From the IMG/VR virus record IMGVR_UViG_3300042367_000066, positions 188 through 64,187 of that record: a stretch of DNA of 64,000 nucleotides; one strand, 5' to 3'. Positions within the stretch are counted from its first letter, which is position 1. Each line of letters starts with the position of its first letter. This stretch comes from a virus. Its lineage: Duplodnaviria > Caudoviricetes. The translations under genes were made by a program, and so were the position numbers. The notes under the pieces were generated by a model. The model ran no database searches. It saw only the letters and a list, made by a program, of their open reading frames with translations, and had not been told where the DNA came from. This document shows positions 49,028-57,867 of this stretch, in pieces.

Positions 49028-50593
49028 TCATAACGTGGTGTACTTATTATTAATTATGTGTACGTGCTGTGACTTTCCGTTAGGGTAGATCACCACGTTG
49101 GTATTCATCCAGCTCGATGCACCCTTGTTGTATCCAACCCTTAGGTGGGTCAATGTTCCAACCGAAGAGTGGCCGTCTTCCCTACACGGACTATGAGTGT
49201 GACCAGTGATGTTCTTGGTGTTCAAGTTCTTAAATTGAATAACTCCACCACGACTGCCGTTGGCTCCTATGTGCCCGTGCACTCCACACTCTATGTTAGC
49301 AACCCTGAAGCTGTCGTTTATACCTAGGCAGTTAACGTTTGTAACTTGGTACTTGTTCAGTATAGCAGGGATGATACCCTTGCCAATGGTGTCATTCTTA
49401 AGCACATGCGCCAGCTCAAGGTAGGTACTCTTGTTGGTACTCTTTCTCCAGTCCACGTCGTTAAGCCACCTATCCAAGAACTCGTCGTGGTTACTCCTGA
49501 CCATCACAAAGTTAAAGTCTGAGTACCTGTCAAAGAACGCGGCCATGTTGTTTAGCTCCAGCATAAGGTCACCAGAGCCGTCCTCCTCCCTGGCCATCAC
49601 CTGGAACGGTTGGTTACGCTCGTGGTGTGATATGGAGTGCCCGTTGAACACGTCGTGTAGTACTATATCCTCACAGTTCAGGTCCTCAGCCATCCTGAAA
49701 GACACGTCAAGAACATCGTCGTTTGTCTCACCAAGGTGTAGGTCACCAAACACCATAACGGTCTTGCTTGTCTCACGTATGGATCCAGCTATTACATTGT
49801 AGTGCAGGTCATAGAACGACCCGTCCTCGTCAGCAGTAACCTGTCTGATGTGGAAGTCATCCTCGTCCAGCTCTATGATAACAAAACCTAGCGTGTGGTG
49901 GAACTCACCCTTCTTACCAGACTTGGTGTCTGTGTAGTTCTGTAACGATATGGCTCCTGTAGTCACCAACAGCTTGTGAGGATAGCCGTCAAGTATTGGT
50001 AGTGACTTAAGGTGTACCCTAGGGTGCCCAACGACGCAACTTTCAAGCCCTGTGAGTCCGTTAATCCCAGAAAGGGGAGTAGATGCTGTCGGCTGAATTT
50101 TAAGGTCTGATAGGATGCACAGGTGCTTGTGTACCTTGTGCCTGTTTGCGTCTAGGTACCTCTCTACCCTTGGCGACCATGAGTTCCTCTCCTCCTTCTC
50201 CTTTACCCTCTTGCTTGAGTTAAGTGATGTAGGGTTCTTGTACCTGCCAGCTATGATGGATATCTCTGCATCTATCTCGTTGGCGTACGCCTCTATGTTT
50301 GTAAGGAACTGCTCGTGTATCTCTGTGTCAGACTGACACCAGGATACTATGAACCTCTGCTTAGTCTTGTCAAGCTCCCTCTTCTGGGCCTCTAGGAACA
50401 TGTCCGACTCTGGAAGTTCTTTGTTGTCAGTTACTCCAGTTCTCTCTAGGTGCTTAGACATTGTCCTGCGAACCTGATCCTCGTAAGGGATACCGAACTC
50501 AATGCACGCCATCTTTGTGGCGTGTGTAATGTTGTGACCCATAGCTAGTGCTAGTCCTATGTACGCCTTAAACTCTTCTGAATACTTTCCCAT
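49028..50593 (-). CDS. T5 A1-like protein with metallophosphoesterase domain
   Basis: GHPRVHL, TTGA....NY...K.GKK.EFHH.LG; GDLH, HD.F.G, SNHD, HGH, GHTH motifs. Confidence 0.75.
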   Translation of the reverse strand: MGKYSEEFKAYIGLALAMGHNITHATKMACIEFGIPYEDQVRRTMSKHLERTGVTDNKELPESDMFLEAQKRELDKTKQRFIVSWCQSDTEIHEQFLTNIEAYANEIDAEISIIAGRYKNPTSLNSSKRVKEKEERNSWSPRVERYLDANRHKVHKHLCILSDLKIQPTASTPLSGINGLTGLESCVVGHPRVHLKSLPILDGYPHKLLVTTGAISLQNYTDTKSGKKGEFHHTLGFVIIELDEDDFHIRQVTADEDGSFYDLHYNVIAGSIRETSKTVMVFGDLHLGETNDDVLDVSFRMAEDLNCEDIVLHDVFNGHSISHHERNQPFQVMAREEDGSGDLMLELNNMAAFFDRYSDFNFVMVRSNHDEFLDRWLNDVDWRKSTNKSTYLELAHVLKNDTIGKGIIPAILNKYQVTNVNCLGINDSFRVANIECGVHGHIGANGSRGGVIQFKNLNTKNITGHTHSPCREDGHSSVGTLTHLRVGYNKGASSWMNTNVVIYPNGKSQHVHIINNKYTTL

Positions 50594-51144
50594 TATATCT
50601 TTGTGTAAAATGTTACTAAAACTTTTCTTATTCCCTCAGTGATCTCTGATGGATACTTTGAGTGGAAGTAATCTGCATCATACGTCAGCATCCTGTTCGG
50701 ACTTGACGATATGTAGTCCTTCTTTAACCAACTGGATCTGTTATCGGCATCCTCAAGTAGTATATTATCAAAATCTGCATCTGTACAATCTTTTGATAAT
50801 TTCTTTCCGTATATGTAGTGATTCCAGAACGCTGTTCCATTTGGAGTGACTCCTTCCTCGTCGTTGATATACAGCACAGAGGCTATGTCTATCTTCTTTC
50901 CCTGCACTATGTTGTCAGCGTGGATCCACAGGCTTGTGTCGAACCCCTTGTAGGCACTCCTAACAAACGACAGCACCATCTCGTACCCGTCCATGTGCAG
51001 GTAATTGTATATGCTACTTGGTGGAGTCAGGACTGAGAACGACTTTCCTGGAAAGTTAACTATCTCAAACAGGTTGTTGTCGCAGTACTCCTGCAACGAC
51101 TTGAACTCATCCTCTGGTAGGAAGTTGTCTACTACACTAATCAT
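50593..51144 (-). CDS. 2OG-Fe(II) oxygenase-superfamily protein
   Basis: VVDNFL, IHAD, VLY, GTAFW, NR.L.Y....FHS, R..LV.F. Confidence 0.75.
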   Translation of the reverse strand: MISVVDNFLPEDEFKSLQEYCDNNLFEIVNFPGKSFSVLTPPSSIYNYLHMDGYEMVLSFVRSAYKGFDTSLWIHADNIVQGKKIDIASVLYINDEEGVTPNGTAFWNHYIYGKKLSKDCTDADFDNILLEDADNRSSWLKKDYISSSPNRMLTYDADYFHSKYPSEITEGIRKVLVTFYTKI

Positions 51145-51265
51145 TAGCCTTGCAGATTATCTTCCTGTACACCTCGTTCACAGACTCCTTGTTTGCCCCA
51201 CGTGAGTACAGGTACTTCATCACTATGAGTATCCTCTGCTTCTTACTTATCTTGTGCTCTTTCAT
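51137..51265 (-). CDS. Small basic protein (42 aa)
   Basis: Fills gap with overlaps; RG.NKESVN.VYR. Confidence 0.5.
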   Translation of the reverse strand: MKEHKISKKQRILIVMKYLYSRGANKESVNEVYRKIICKAND

Positions 51266-51653
51266 TCTTTATCTTTTTTCTAAGTTCAACCATTTTAAAT
51301 TCATAATAATCTTCTAAATACTTTATAGATATGTCTGGCTTATTTAATAGTATGTATTCTTCTGCTACATTTAGTGATGTGAAGTATTTTACATAATTTC
51401 TATCGTAAGAATATGCTGATGCAATGTACGGCTCCCAACATTTAAAACTAGTTTCTTCTTTAGTAAAAACTAAATAATATACATTAGCAACTTCTTCCCA
51501 GTACTCTGGATTATCTTCTACATGATTATTAATAACTACGGTACTACTATTTTCTATTTGATAAAAACTAGAACTGGATTCTTTAAATTTTTCAACAATC
51601 GTATTTAATACTGGACTTCCAGGATACTCTTTAATTAACTTATATCTTTTCAT
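51243..51653 (-). CDS. Hypothetical protein (AT-rich)
   Basis: YKLIKEYPGSP...PEYWEEV. Confidence 0.65.
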   Translation of the reverse strand: MKRYKLIKEYPGSPVLNTIVEKFKESSSSFYQIENSSTVVINNHVEDNPEYWEEVANVYYLVFTKEETSFKCWEPYIASAYSYDRNYVKYFTSLNVAEEYILLNKPDISIKYLEDYYEFKMVELRKKIKNERAQDK

Positions 51654-51885
51654 TTCTCTCGATTTCGATTATACTTCTCTTTAAATAGTTTGCCTGGTCT
51701 AGGCACTCCTCGTATGCGTGCTGTAGCCACCCCTTCAGGTCTATGTCTGTCCTGTCCAGCGTGTTGTTGTACTTGTCTATTCCTAGCTCTGACCTGTCTA
51801 GCAAGTCCTGTCTTACAGCCCTAACCACCGTGTCGACGGTTGGGTTGATTATCTTGTGGCCGTTCACCACTATGTCATTTATCAT
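51640..51885 (-). CDS. Small helical phage protein, possibly MazG-like fold
   Basis: RS..GI.KY..TL.R.D...WLQHA.EE.LD.A.Y. Confidence 0.55.
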   Translation of the reverse strand: MINDIVVNGHKIINPTVDTVVRAVRQDLLDRSELGIDKYNNTLDRTDIDLKGWLQHAYEECLDQANYLKRSIIEIERNEKI

Positions 51886-52249
51886 CTCTGTAGTCTATTT
51901 CTTTTTTGATTAAATTTATGTGCCACTCTGGGCCTCCGTAGTCAAGTATGGCATACAGCCAGTCCTCGTCCATGTCCTTCAACTTCACCCATGTAAGTGG
52001 CTCTGTCCCGTCCTTACCGCGTCCACCCCTCTCGGCGTACTCTCGTACCTCCTCGTATGGATCGTCATCGTGAACCAGGAATGGCTTCACCTTCTTTAGG
52101 TCTATCCCACCGTACCTTGAGTACGCTGTTCCTCCGTCAACCATGGTCTGGTTCTCGCAACCACACGTCTTGTAGTCGTGCCTGTGGTGTGACACCAGCA
52201 CCTCATTACAACTGAGGCACGTAACTGAGTTGTACACTAGCTGTCTCAC
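51875..52249 (-). CDS. Zn-binding conserved phage protein
   Basis: C..C...S.HRHDY.TC.C....VDGG. Confidence 0.7.
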   Translation of the reverse strand: MRQLVYNSVTCLSCNEVLVSHHRHDYKTCGCENQTMVDGGTAYSRYGGIDLKKVKPFLVHDDDPYEEVREYAERGGRGKDGTEPLTWVKLKDMDEDWLYAILDYGGPEWHINLIKKEIDYRDDK

Positions 52250-52404
52250 AGTTCAGTCTTCATTGAGGTTTGGATCTCCTTTAACAGTGCAACTAGCTCA
52301 GCTATTGTCTTGTTTAGCGCAACATAGTCCCTGTCCGCTAGGTTCTCGTATATGTCATCCGTTAGATTATTAATAGATAACATTGTCTTATTCACATATT
52401 CCAT
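52246..52404 (-). CDS. Small helical protein (52 aa)
   Basis: ATG 13 nt after a -7 element; overlaps next start. Confidence 0.55.
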   Translation of the reverse strand: MEYVNKTMLSINNLTDDIYENLADRDYVALNKTIAELVALLKEIQTSMKTEL

Positions 52405-52417
52405 ATTGTTTTTTTAT

Positions 52418-52425
52418 CAAATGTA
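52418..52425 (-). promoter_or_regulatory. -7 promoter element
   Basis: TACATTTG on - strand in intergenic gap. Confidence 0.6.
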
Positions 52426-52444
52426 TAAATTAACGTACTTACTA

Positions 52445-52801
52445 TTAAAAAAAGTTATCAACATTCATCCTCGATGCAACTACCACACACCCTGTATCGA
52501 GGTACTCGTTGAGTGCTGTGTTAACGTTTGTCACGCTTATATCCATTGCACTTGCGATCTCTGACTGTGTGTTGTACCTGTGCGTGAGGTAGAAGTCTAC
52601 TATACTTATCTTCTTCTTAGAGTACCTGAAGTAGTTCGTGGACATCGTCCTCTTGTACTTCTGTATGGCATCTATCTGTTTGTCGTTCCACATGAACACG
52701 CCAGACTCTCTCCTTGCCACAAGGCCAATTAATTTAGCCCTCTTTCTGAACGCGTCTGGCTTCATGTCTATCTCCTTGCAGGCCTCTACTGTTGTGTACA
52801 C
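52445..52801 (-). CDS. Double HTH DNA-binding protein
   Basis: YTTVEACKEIDM...FRKR and TQSEIASAMDISVTNV. Confidence 0.6.
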   Translation of the reverse strand: MYTTVEACKEIDMKPDAFRKRAKLIGLVARRESGVFMWNDKQIDAIQKYKRTMSTNYFRYSKKKISIVDFYLTHRYNTQSEIASAMDISVTNVNTALNEYLDTGCVVVASRMNVDNFF

Positions 52802-53064
52802 TCTGGATATATCTGCCCCTTGGTTGCGTGGAGGCAGTAAGCCTCGAAACCTCTGGATATTAGGTCATCTATTCTGTACTCCTGTAGTGGCTTAAGCGTG
52901 TCACCGTCCTCCTTGCACTCTATGAAGACTGCCTTTCCGTCCTTAAGACAGATCAGGTCTGGGTAACCGCTCTCGCTCAGCTTGATTGTGTTCAGCACGA
53001 TCCATCCGTCGGACTTGAACCTTGTTATTGTCTTTGTTTGAAATCTACTAGCCATTGCTTCCAA
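52786..53064 (-). CDS. VRR-NUC nuclease
   Basis: GYPDLICL.DG..VFIECK....L.PLQ.Y....L...GF. Confidence 0.85.
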   Translation of the reverse strand: MEAMASRFQTKTITRFKSDGWIVLNTIKLSESGYPDLICLKDGKAVFIECKEDGDTLKPLQEYRIDDLISRGFEAYCLHATKGQIYPECTQQ

Positions 53065-53136
53065 AATTGTTTTAAGTTGTTAGGTATTGTCTCCCACGTG
53101 TACAAAGGTACATCTTTCTCTTGTCCCTCGTTCATT

Positions 53137-54372
53137 TTATTTATTATTTTTTGTTTCATTTTTAAAGTGTGATAATGTGAAATTCTTTTTCTTAAGCACC
53201 TGCTTGTATATGTCTTGCTCTATTCCTCCCTTGGAGAATACCCAGTACACCTTATTGAACTTGCGCTCCATCGTGGTCATACGATCCCTTGCCTGCCAGT
53301 AACTCGTGGCCGAGAAGTCTATGTTGTAGAACACGATGAACTCAGCATTCCTAAGACTTATCCCCTCCCTACCAGATACGATCTGTAGCGCTATGGATTT
53401 GTCTGTTGTGTTGAACTCCTCTAGGTCTGTTGTCAAAGTATCCGAGCTGTACGCTGTGCGCAGTGCGTCCAACTCTGCAACAAACTTGTAGAATATACCT
53501 ATCTTCTTACCCTTAAACTTCTCCATTATGTAGAGAGCCTTTGAGTAATCTATAACCATCCTACTGCCAGACTCGAACTTGATCGTGCCTGAGTAGATCT
53601 GGTGTAGCTTCTGCATCAACTTGACCCCCGTGTCTGCCAGTATGACCTCCTCCTTACCCTGTACCACGAGGTCTCTCTTGAGCCTGTTCGCTAGGTTGTA
53701 GGTTGACTGCTTCATGTCCACGGTCAGAACCTCCTCCTCAATCTCTGATACAAAGCCTGCCTGCTCCTGCGTGTACGTTAGAACGTACGTCTCTATCACA
53801 CTCATGACTAGGTCGATCTTGGCGTTGGAGTAGTCTGGCGCAGGCCCGTAGCTCGTGTACTTGGTTCCAGGTATCACGTAGTCCTTAGCCCACTTGTAGA
53901 AGTTCACGTAGTTCTTGAACGGGCTACTGTGCGATACCCAGTACTGATGAAACAGCTGGCTGTAGTTCTCTGGGCTCGGGGTACCCGACAGGAACACCAT
54001 CGGCAGGTGGCCGAACATCTTCTTGAACGTCTTGGTGGCCTTTCCAGGCTTAGGTATCGCTCCGAATCTGTGGTGCTCGTCGTGTATCACAAGGTCGTAC
54101 TTGCCGACACACTTGTGCATAGACTCGTCGTTCATGATCTCTATCGAGAAGTCGAACCCGAAGTCTAGGTAGTCGCTGAGTATGTCGCTCATTGCCTTCT
54201 TCTTGGTAAGGAACAGGACGCTCTTGGCTCCGTACAACTTGGCTATCTGCATTGACGTGGCGGTCTTGCCCGTCCTAACGCTCATGCACAGGTAGACTAG
54301 ACCCCTGTCCCTTAGTATCTTGACCCCCTTACTTGCTAGGTCTGACTGATAATCCCTTAGTGTTTTCTTCAT
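53137..54372 (-). CDS. SF2 (SNF2-like) helicase
   Basis: LRDYQ, VRTGKT, DEHH, LSGTP, SGREGISL, QARDR; start moved to MKKTLRDYQ. Confidence 0.85.
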   Translation of the reverse strand: MKKTLRDYQSDLASKGVKILRDRGLVYLCMSVRTGKTATSMQIAKLYGAKSVLFLTKKKAMSDILSDYLDFGFDFSIEIMNDESMHKCVGKYDLVIHDEHHRFGAIPKPGKATKTFKKMFGHLPMVFLSGTPSPENYSQLFHQYWVSHSSPFKNYVNFYKWAKDYVIPGTKYTSYGPAPDYSNAKIDLVMSVIETYVLTYTQEQAGFVSEIEEEVLTVDMKQSTYNLANRLKRDLVVQGKEEVILADTGVKLMQKLHQIYSGTIKFESGSRMVIDYSKALYIMEKFKGKKIGIFYKFVAELDALRTAYSSDTLTTDLEEFNTTDKSIALQIVSGREGISLRNAEFIVFYNIDFSATSYWQARDRMTTMERKFNKVYWVFSKGGIEQDIYKQVLKKKNFTLSHFKNETKNNK

Positions 54373-54628
54373 ATAGGTACTTATAAACATCGTGTAACTT
54401 TGCTGACGCCATGTCAACACTCTTGTATCTAACCGAGCCTGTCCTCTCGTTACTGTAGTACTCCATCCCCGTATCTCTGTCGTAGTGGAAGTCCTTGCCG
54501 TTTGATGTGATGCCACCCTTACGGATCGCTATCTTAAAGTAATAACTCTCAGGCTTGATGTAAACCTGAAAGTCATTCTCTATGCACCACCTAAAATAAT
54601 AAGCTGTCCTCGGACTCATCCTTACCAA
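54329..54628 (-). CDS. Hypothetical protein
   Basis: WCIEND..VY.KP; overlaps neighbours. Confidence 0.6.
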   Translation of the reverse strand: MVRMSPRTAYYFRWCIENDFQVYIKPESYYFKIAIRKGGITSNGKDFHYDRDTGMEYYSNERTGSVRYKSVDMASAKLHDVYKYLYEENTKGLSVRPSK

Positions 54629-56993
54629 CGAATTTAATCCACATTCCTGTACTGCTCCTGCCCTCTATAGGCTTGACACCTGATATGTATATACCGTAGG
54701 AGATCAGCCAGTTATAGAACTCTGTCCTAGAGATAGTCCTCTTAGCCTTGGGCTGGAAGTCTGGGTTGTCCTGAATGAAGTCTATGTACAGATCCTGCTT
54801 GTATATCACCTCACCTAGCACCAGCTTGTCGCTGTGTGCCTCACCGTTGATAAGGCCACACCAGTCGATAAACTCGTGGCATGTGTCTGCAGATAGCTTA
54901 CGTATCTTAAGGTTCACGAACTCGCTCTTGAGTAGCCCTGATGTGAGGTACCTCTGAAGGCTCTTTATCATGTAGTTGTCGAACCTGCACCACTCCTGCT
55001 CGTCCCACTCCGTGAACAGTAGCCTGCCGAACTCGACCTGTGGAGTGAACTCCTTGGTGTAGAACTGCTTGAACTCCAACTCCCACTTACGTCTCTCGAA
55101 CGAGTTACCCTTACCCTTGATGGCGTAGTTGGTCGTGATGATGATCTTTGGCGACTTGTTGAATGGTATGTGCATGGCCTGTTGGTTCTTCCTCTCTAGG
55201 GTGATACCCTCTGTGATGATCGAGAAAAGCCTCTCGAAGTTGAAGTGCTTCTTAACGTCATCAAACGCTAGCACCTGAGTATCAACCGATACCGTCTGAA
55301 ACGGGAAACCACTGTCAAAGTTGATACTCTTTCCATCTATGAATGCTAGCTTCTTCATCTGCGATATCGCGTTGGTGAACAGTCCCTTTCCTGTTCCTCC
55401 CTCTGGGTTGTCTGTTATGACCTCGTCATTTAGAATGACCGCAGGACAGTAAGATAGATTCTTATATCCGTGCAGAAGGAACCCAATAGTACTCTCAACC
55501 GAGTTAATCCTAACTGTATCATCGTCCGATATGTTTGAAATGAATGTCTTGAAGTCGCAGTCCTCTACCTCGCACAGGTCGAACTCCCTGTCTATCACCT
55601 GATCCTTCCATATGTAACCGCCCAGGTCTAGGTAGTCTATAATACTTATGGTGTCCTTGGTGATGTTTACCGCACAGTTCGTGTAGTAAAGGTACGCGTT
55701 GTTCTTGTTGTCCTCCATGAAGTGCACGTCAACCGATGACAGCAGAGACAGGAAGTCCTCCTTGAAGAACCTTGTCTTGTCAGCGAAGAAGTTGTACACA
55801 GAGAGGTCGTCCACATTCTGTAGGTAGTTGAGCACGAAGTCCTTGATCTCGTCCTCTGACGTGTGGTCTATCAGGTTGTTTGTGACACGTACGAATATAA
55901 AACTCTTGTTACCAACGGGCATGTACTTGTAGAACCCGTTGTCCTCCAAGAAGTCCCTGAACATGTAGTGCACGATGCTTATGGATCCCTTGTCCGACTT
56001 GCTCCAGAACTTGTTGACCGACTCGTCCTTGTCTATAGAGTCTATCACCGAGTCTATCGTGAAGCTAGGCAGGTTGGTCTCTGACAGGTCTGACTTGATC
56101 TCCTTCTTGGACACCCCTCGCTTGATCTTCTGACGAACCTGATTGATCATGTCGTCATCCTCGAAGTACTTGGAACCGAACGACCCCGTGTTCTTGTAGG
56201 CTGAGTTTATGATCGTCTGTATCTCTGACATCGGGTGCTTCTGACTCACGAACTGACTCATCACGTACTCCGACAGTGACTTGTTAACACCGTAATCGTT
56301 TAAGGCTGAGGCTAGTATGAACATGTTGTTGTTTCTCTTGCCGTCAACCATCGGGTAATTCTTTGACCACCACCTCATCAGGATCTCGACCACCTTGTTG
56401 TCGTTCGTTATCGGTATCGTTGTGACACTGCTAGACCTGTCTAGTTCAACGTACTCTGCCTCCTCCAACCTGTCCCATAGCGTAGAGTCCACATTTATAT
56501 ATATCTCTGGGTCGTACGACTCGTAGCACACCCTAGATATGTTCTTGGACGTGGTGTCGAAGTACTTGGAGTCGAAGTGCTTCTCTAGTGAGTTGAAGTA
56601 GTTCTTGTGGTTGTCTATGTCCTTAGGTATCTTCACGATCACCTTTAGGCCGTTACCTGACGGAGACACGAACACTGAGTAGCTATGAGCGTCCTCTGAC
56701 AGCCTTACCTTGTCTGCTAGTAGGTCATCCTCGGTCTCGTATCCGTCGAAGTCAAGGCATATAAAACCACTGTGGTCTACGATGGCCTTGTCCTCACGCT
56801 TGTTGAATGTACCTGAGAAGCAGACCGAAGGCAGATCCCTCTTGAGCAGGTTCCTCCTCTCCTTGTCTGACTCGGTTCGGATGGCCTCGACCTTGTCCCT
56901 TGAGGATCCGTCCTTGATCCTCTGTAGAACCACACCTATACCCCTGAAGAATGGTGTGTCTGTGCTCTTTATGTTTGAAAATATTGTTATCAT
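54591..56993 (-). CDS. Primase-helicase: VirE-N/BT4734-like primase + PriCT + SF3-type helicase
   Basis: LPSVCFSGTF, HSGFICLDFD, FVSPSGNGLK, SYDP; G.RNN..F.LA; GGTGKG, FDDV, ITTN. Confidence 0.85.
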   Translation of the reverse strand: MITIFSNIKSTDTPFFRGIGVVLQRIKDGSSRDKVEAIRTESDKERRNLLKRDLPSVCFSGTFNKREDKAIVDHSGFICLDFDGYETEDDLLADKVRLSEDAHSYSVFVSPSGNGLKVIVKIPKDIDNHKNYFNSLEKHFDSKYFDTTSKNISRVCYESYDPEIYINVDSTLWDRLEEAEYVELDRSSSVTTIPITNDNKVVEILMRWWSKNYPMVDGKRNNNMFILASALNDYGVNKSLSEYVMSQFVSQKHPMSEIQTIINSAYKNTGSFGSKYFEDDDMINQVRQKIKRGVSKKEIKSDLSETNLPSFTIDSVIDSIDKDESVNKFWSKSDKGSISIVHYMFRDFLEDNGFYKYMPVGNKSFIFVRVTNNLIDHTSEDEIKDFVLNYLQNVDDLSVYNFFADKTRFFKEDFLSLLSSVDVHFMEDNKNNAYLYYTNCAVNITKDTISIIDYLDLGGYIWKDQVIDREFDLCEVEDCDFKTFISNISDDDTVRINSVESTIGFLLHGYKNLSYCPAVILNDEVITDNPEGGTGKGLFTNAISQMKKLAFIDGKSINFDSGFPFQTVSVDTQVLAFDDVKKHFNFERLFSIITEGITLERKNQQAMHIPFNKSPKIIITTNYAIKGKGNSFERRKWELEFKQFYTKEFTPQVEFGRLLFTEWDEQEWCRFDNYMIKSLQRYLTSGLLKSEFVNLKIRKLSADTCHEFIDWCGLINGEAHSDKLVLGEVIYKQDLYIDFIQDNPDFQPKAKRTISRTEFYNWLISYGIYISGVKPIEGRSSTGMWIKFVGKDESEDSLLF

Positions 56994-57136
56994 AGTTCAT
57001 TTTTTATCGATGTTCATTGTTAATGAACGTTACCTTTTACTGAACAATAGACCCTATAAGTTGGGGTCTATCCTACCACACAAAGTAAAGTCCAGCCTGT
57101 GTAGACTGGACTAATTACTGGGACAGTTCCCTTAAT

Positions 57137-57469
57137 CTAGAATGGCAGATCTGGAGTGAAGTCCTGTTGTACAGGCTCTGCTATAACCTGTGGCTTTTTA
57201 TCATCCCAATAGGATGTGAAACCCTCTCCGATGTAGACTGTGTCGGCCTTGGCCTCTCTCTCTTCCTTGGTCTGGATCACACACGCGAAGTGCGTCTTAA
57301 CAATTCTCATCGTGTCCTTAGCAAAGATCTGCTTAGGTTCCTTAACCTCAACCAACTCAAACTTAACCTCTTGTACATTTACATTTGTACCGTCCTTGCT
57401 CTCGTAACTTCTTGTAGAGATCAGGTTTCTTAACTTTGACGCGTCTAACGTCACTTGAATTTTCGCCAT
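57137..57469 (-). CDS. Probable single-stranded DNA-binding protein
   Basis: Q.KEEREAK...YIG.G and acidic C-terminal DLPF. Confidence 0.65.
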   Translation of the reverse strand: MAKIQVTLDASKLRNLISTRSYESKDGTNVNVQEVKFELVEVKEPKQIFAKDTMRIVKTHFACVIQTKEEREAKADTVYIGEGFTSYWDDKKPQVIAEPVQQDFTPDLPF

Positions 57470-57522
57470 TTTATTAAATTTAATTTTGCCTACCTATTTA
57501 TTCTGTTGTCGGCTTTTCAGTT

Positions 57523-57589
57523 TGGTCAAGGGGTTGGAATCGAACCAACGACTTTCTTTCGACCCTCTAACCAATGAGGTACCCTTGAC
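57523..57589 (-). ncRNA. tRNA-like RNA with vestigial anticodon arm (67 nt)
   Basis: GUCAAGGG/CCCUUGAC acceptor, D arm CCUC-AUUGGUUA-GAGG, T arm GUUGG-UUCGAUU-CCAAC, ends ...GACCA; anticodon arm only UC-GAAA-GA. Confidence 0.75.
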
Positions 57590-57727
57590 TTTGTTGAGAT
57601 TGGAGCTTTGGATACCCTACTTCCCTATAAGTACTCAACTCCTTCTATGCGCTGATAGGACTTAACATTCGTGGTATGCAAACTACCCAATGTCTGTTAC
57701 TGTACTATTTGCGTCAAGTAACTGCTG

Positions 57728-57820
57728 ATCTTGTGGCAGGATTCGAACCTGCACCACCCCGTACCTGCCGAGATATTACTGATTGATTACAGTAAGTGCT
57801 AACCATTACACCACACAACA
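57728..57820 (-). tRNA. Atypical tRNA/pseudo-tRNA with 8-nt anticodon loop and long variable arm
   Basis: D arm GUGU-AAUGGUUA-GCAC; UUACUG-UAAUCAAU-CAGUAA; variable UAUCUCG/CGGGGUG; T arm GCAGG-UUCGAAU-CCUGC; acceptor has a G:G mismatch; identity unassignable. Confidence 0.65.
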
Positions 57821-57848
57821 AACCGACCAGGGACACCCTAATCCGCAA

Positions 57849-57856
57849 CAAATATA
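57849..57856 (-). promoter_or_regulatory. -7 promoter element for tRNA-like cluster/SSB
   Basis: TATATTTG 28 nt upstream of the first tRNA-like element. Confidence 0.7.
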
Positions 57857-57867
57857 CAACAAATTTG

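Noticed and set aside
57728-57820. Opal suppressor/Sec tRNA and stop-codon reassignment
   Set aside because: Loop is 8 nt without canonical context; TGA and TAG end many genes at tight overlaps and long genes are uninterrupted in code 11
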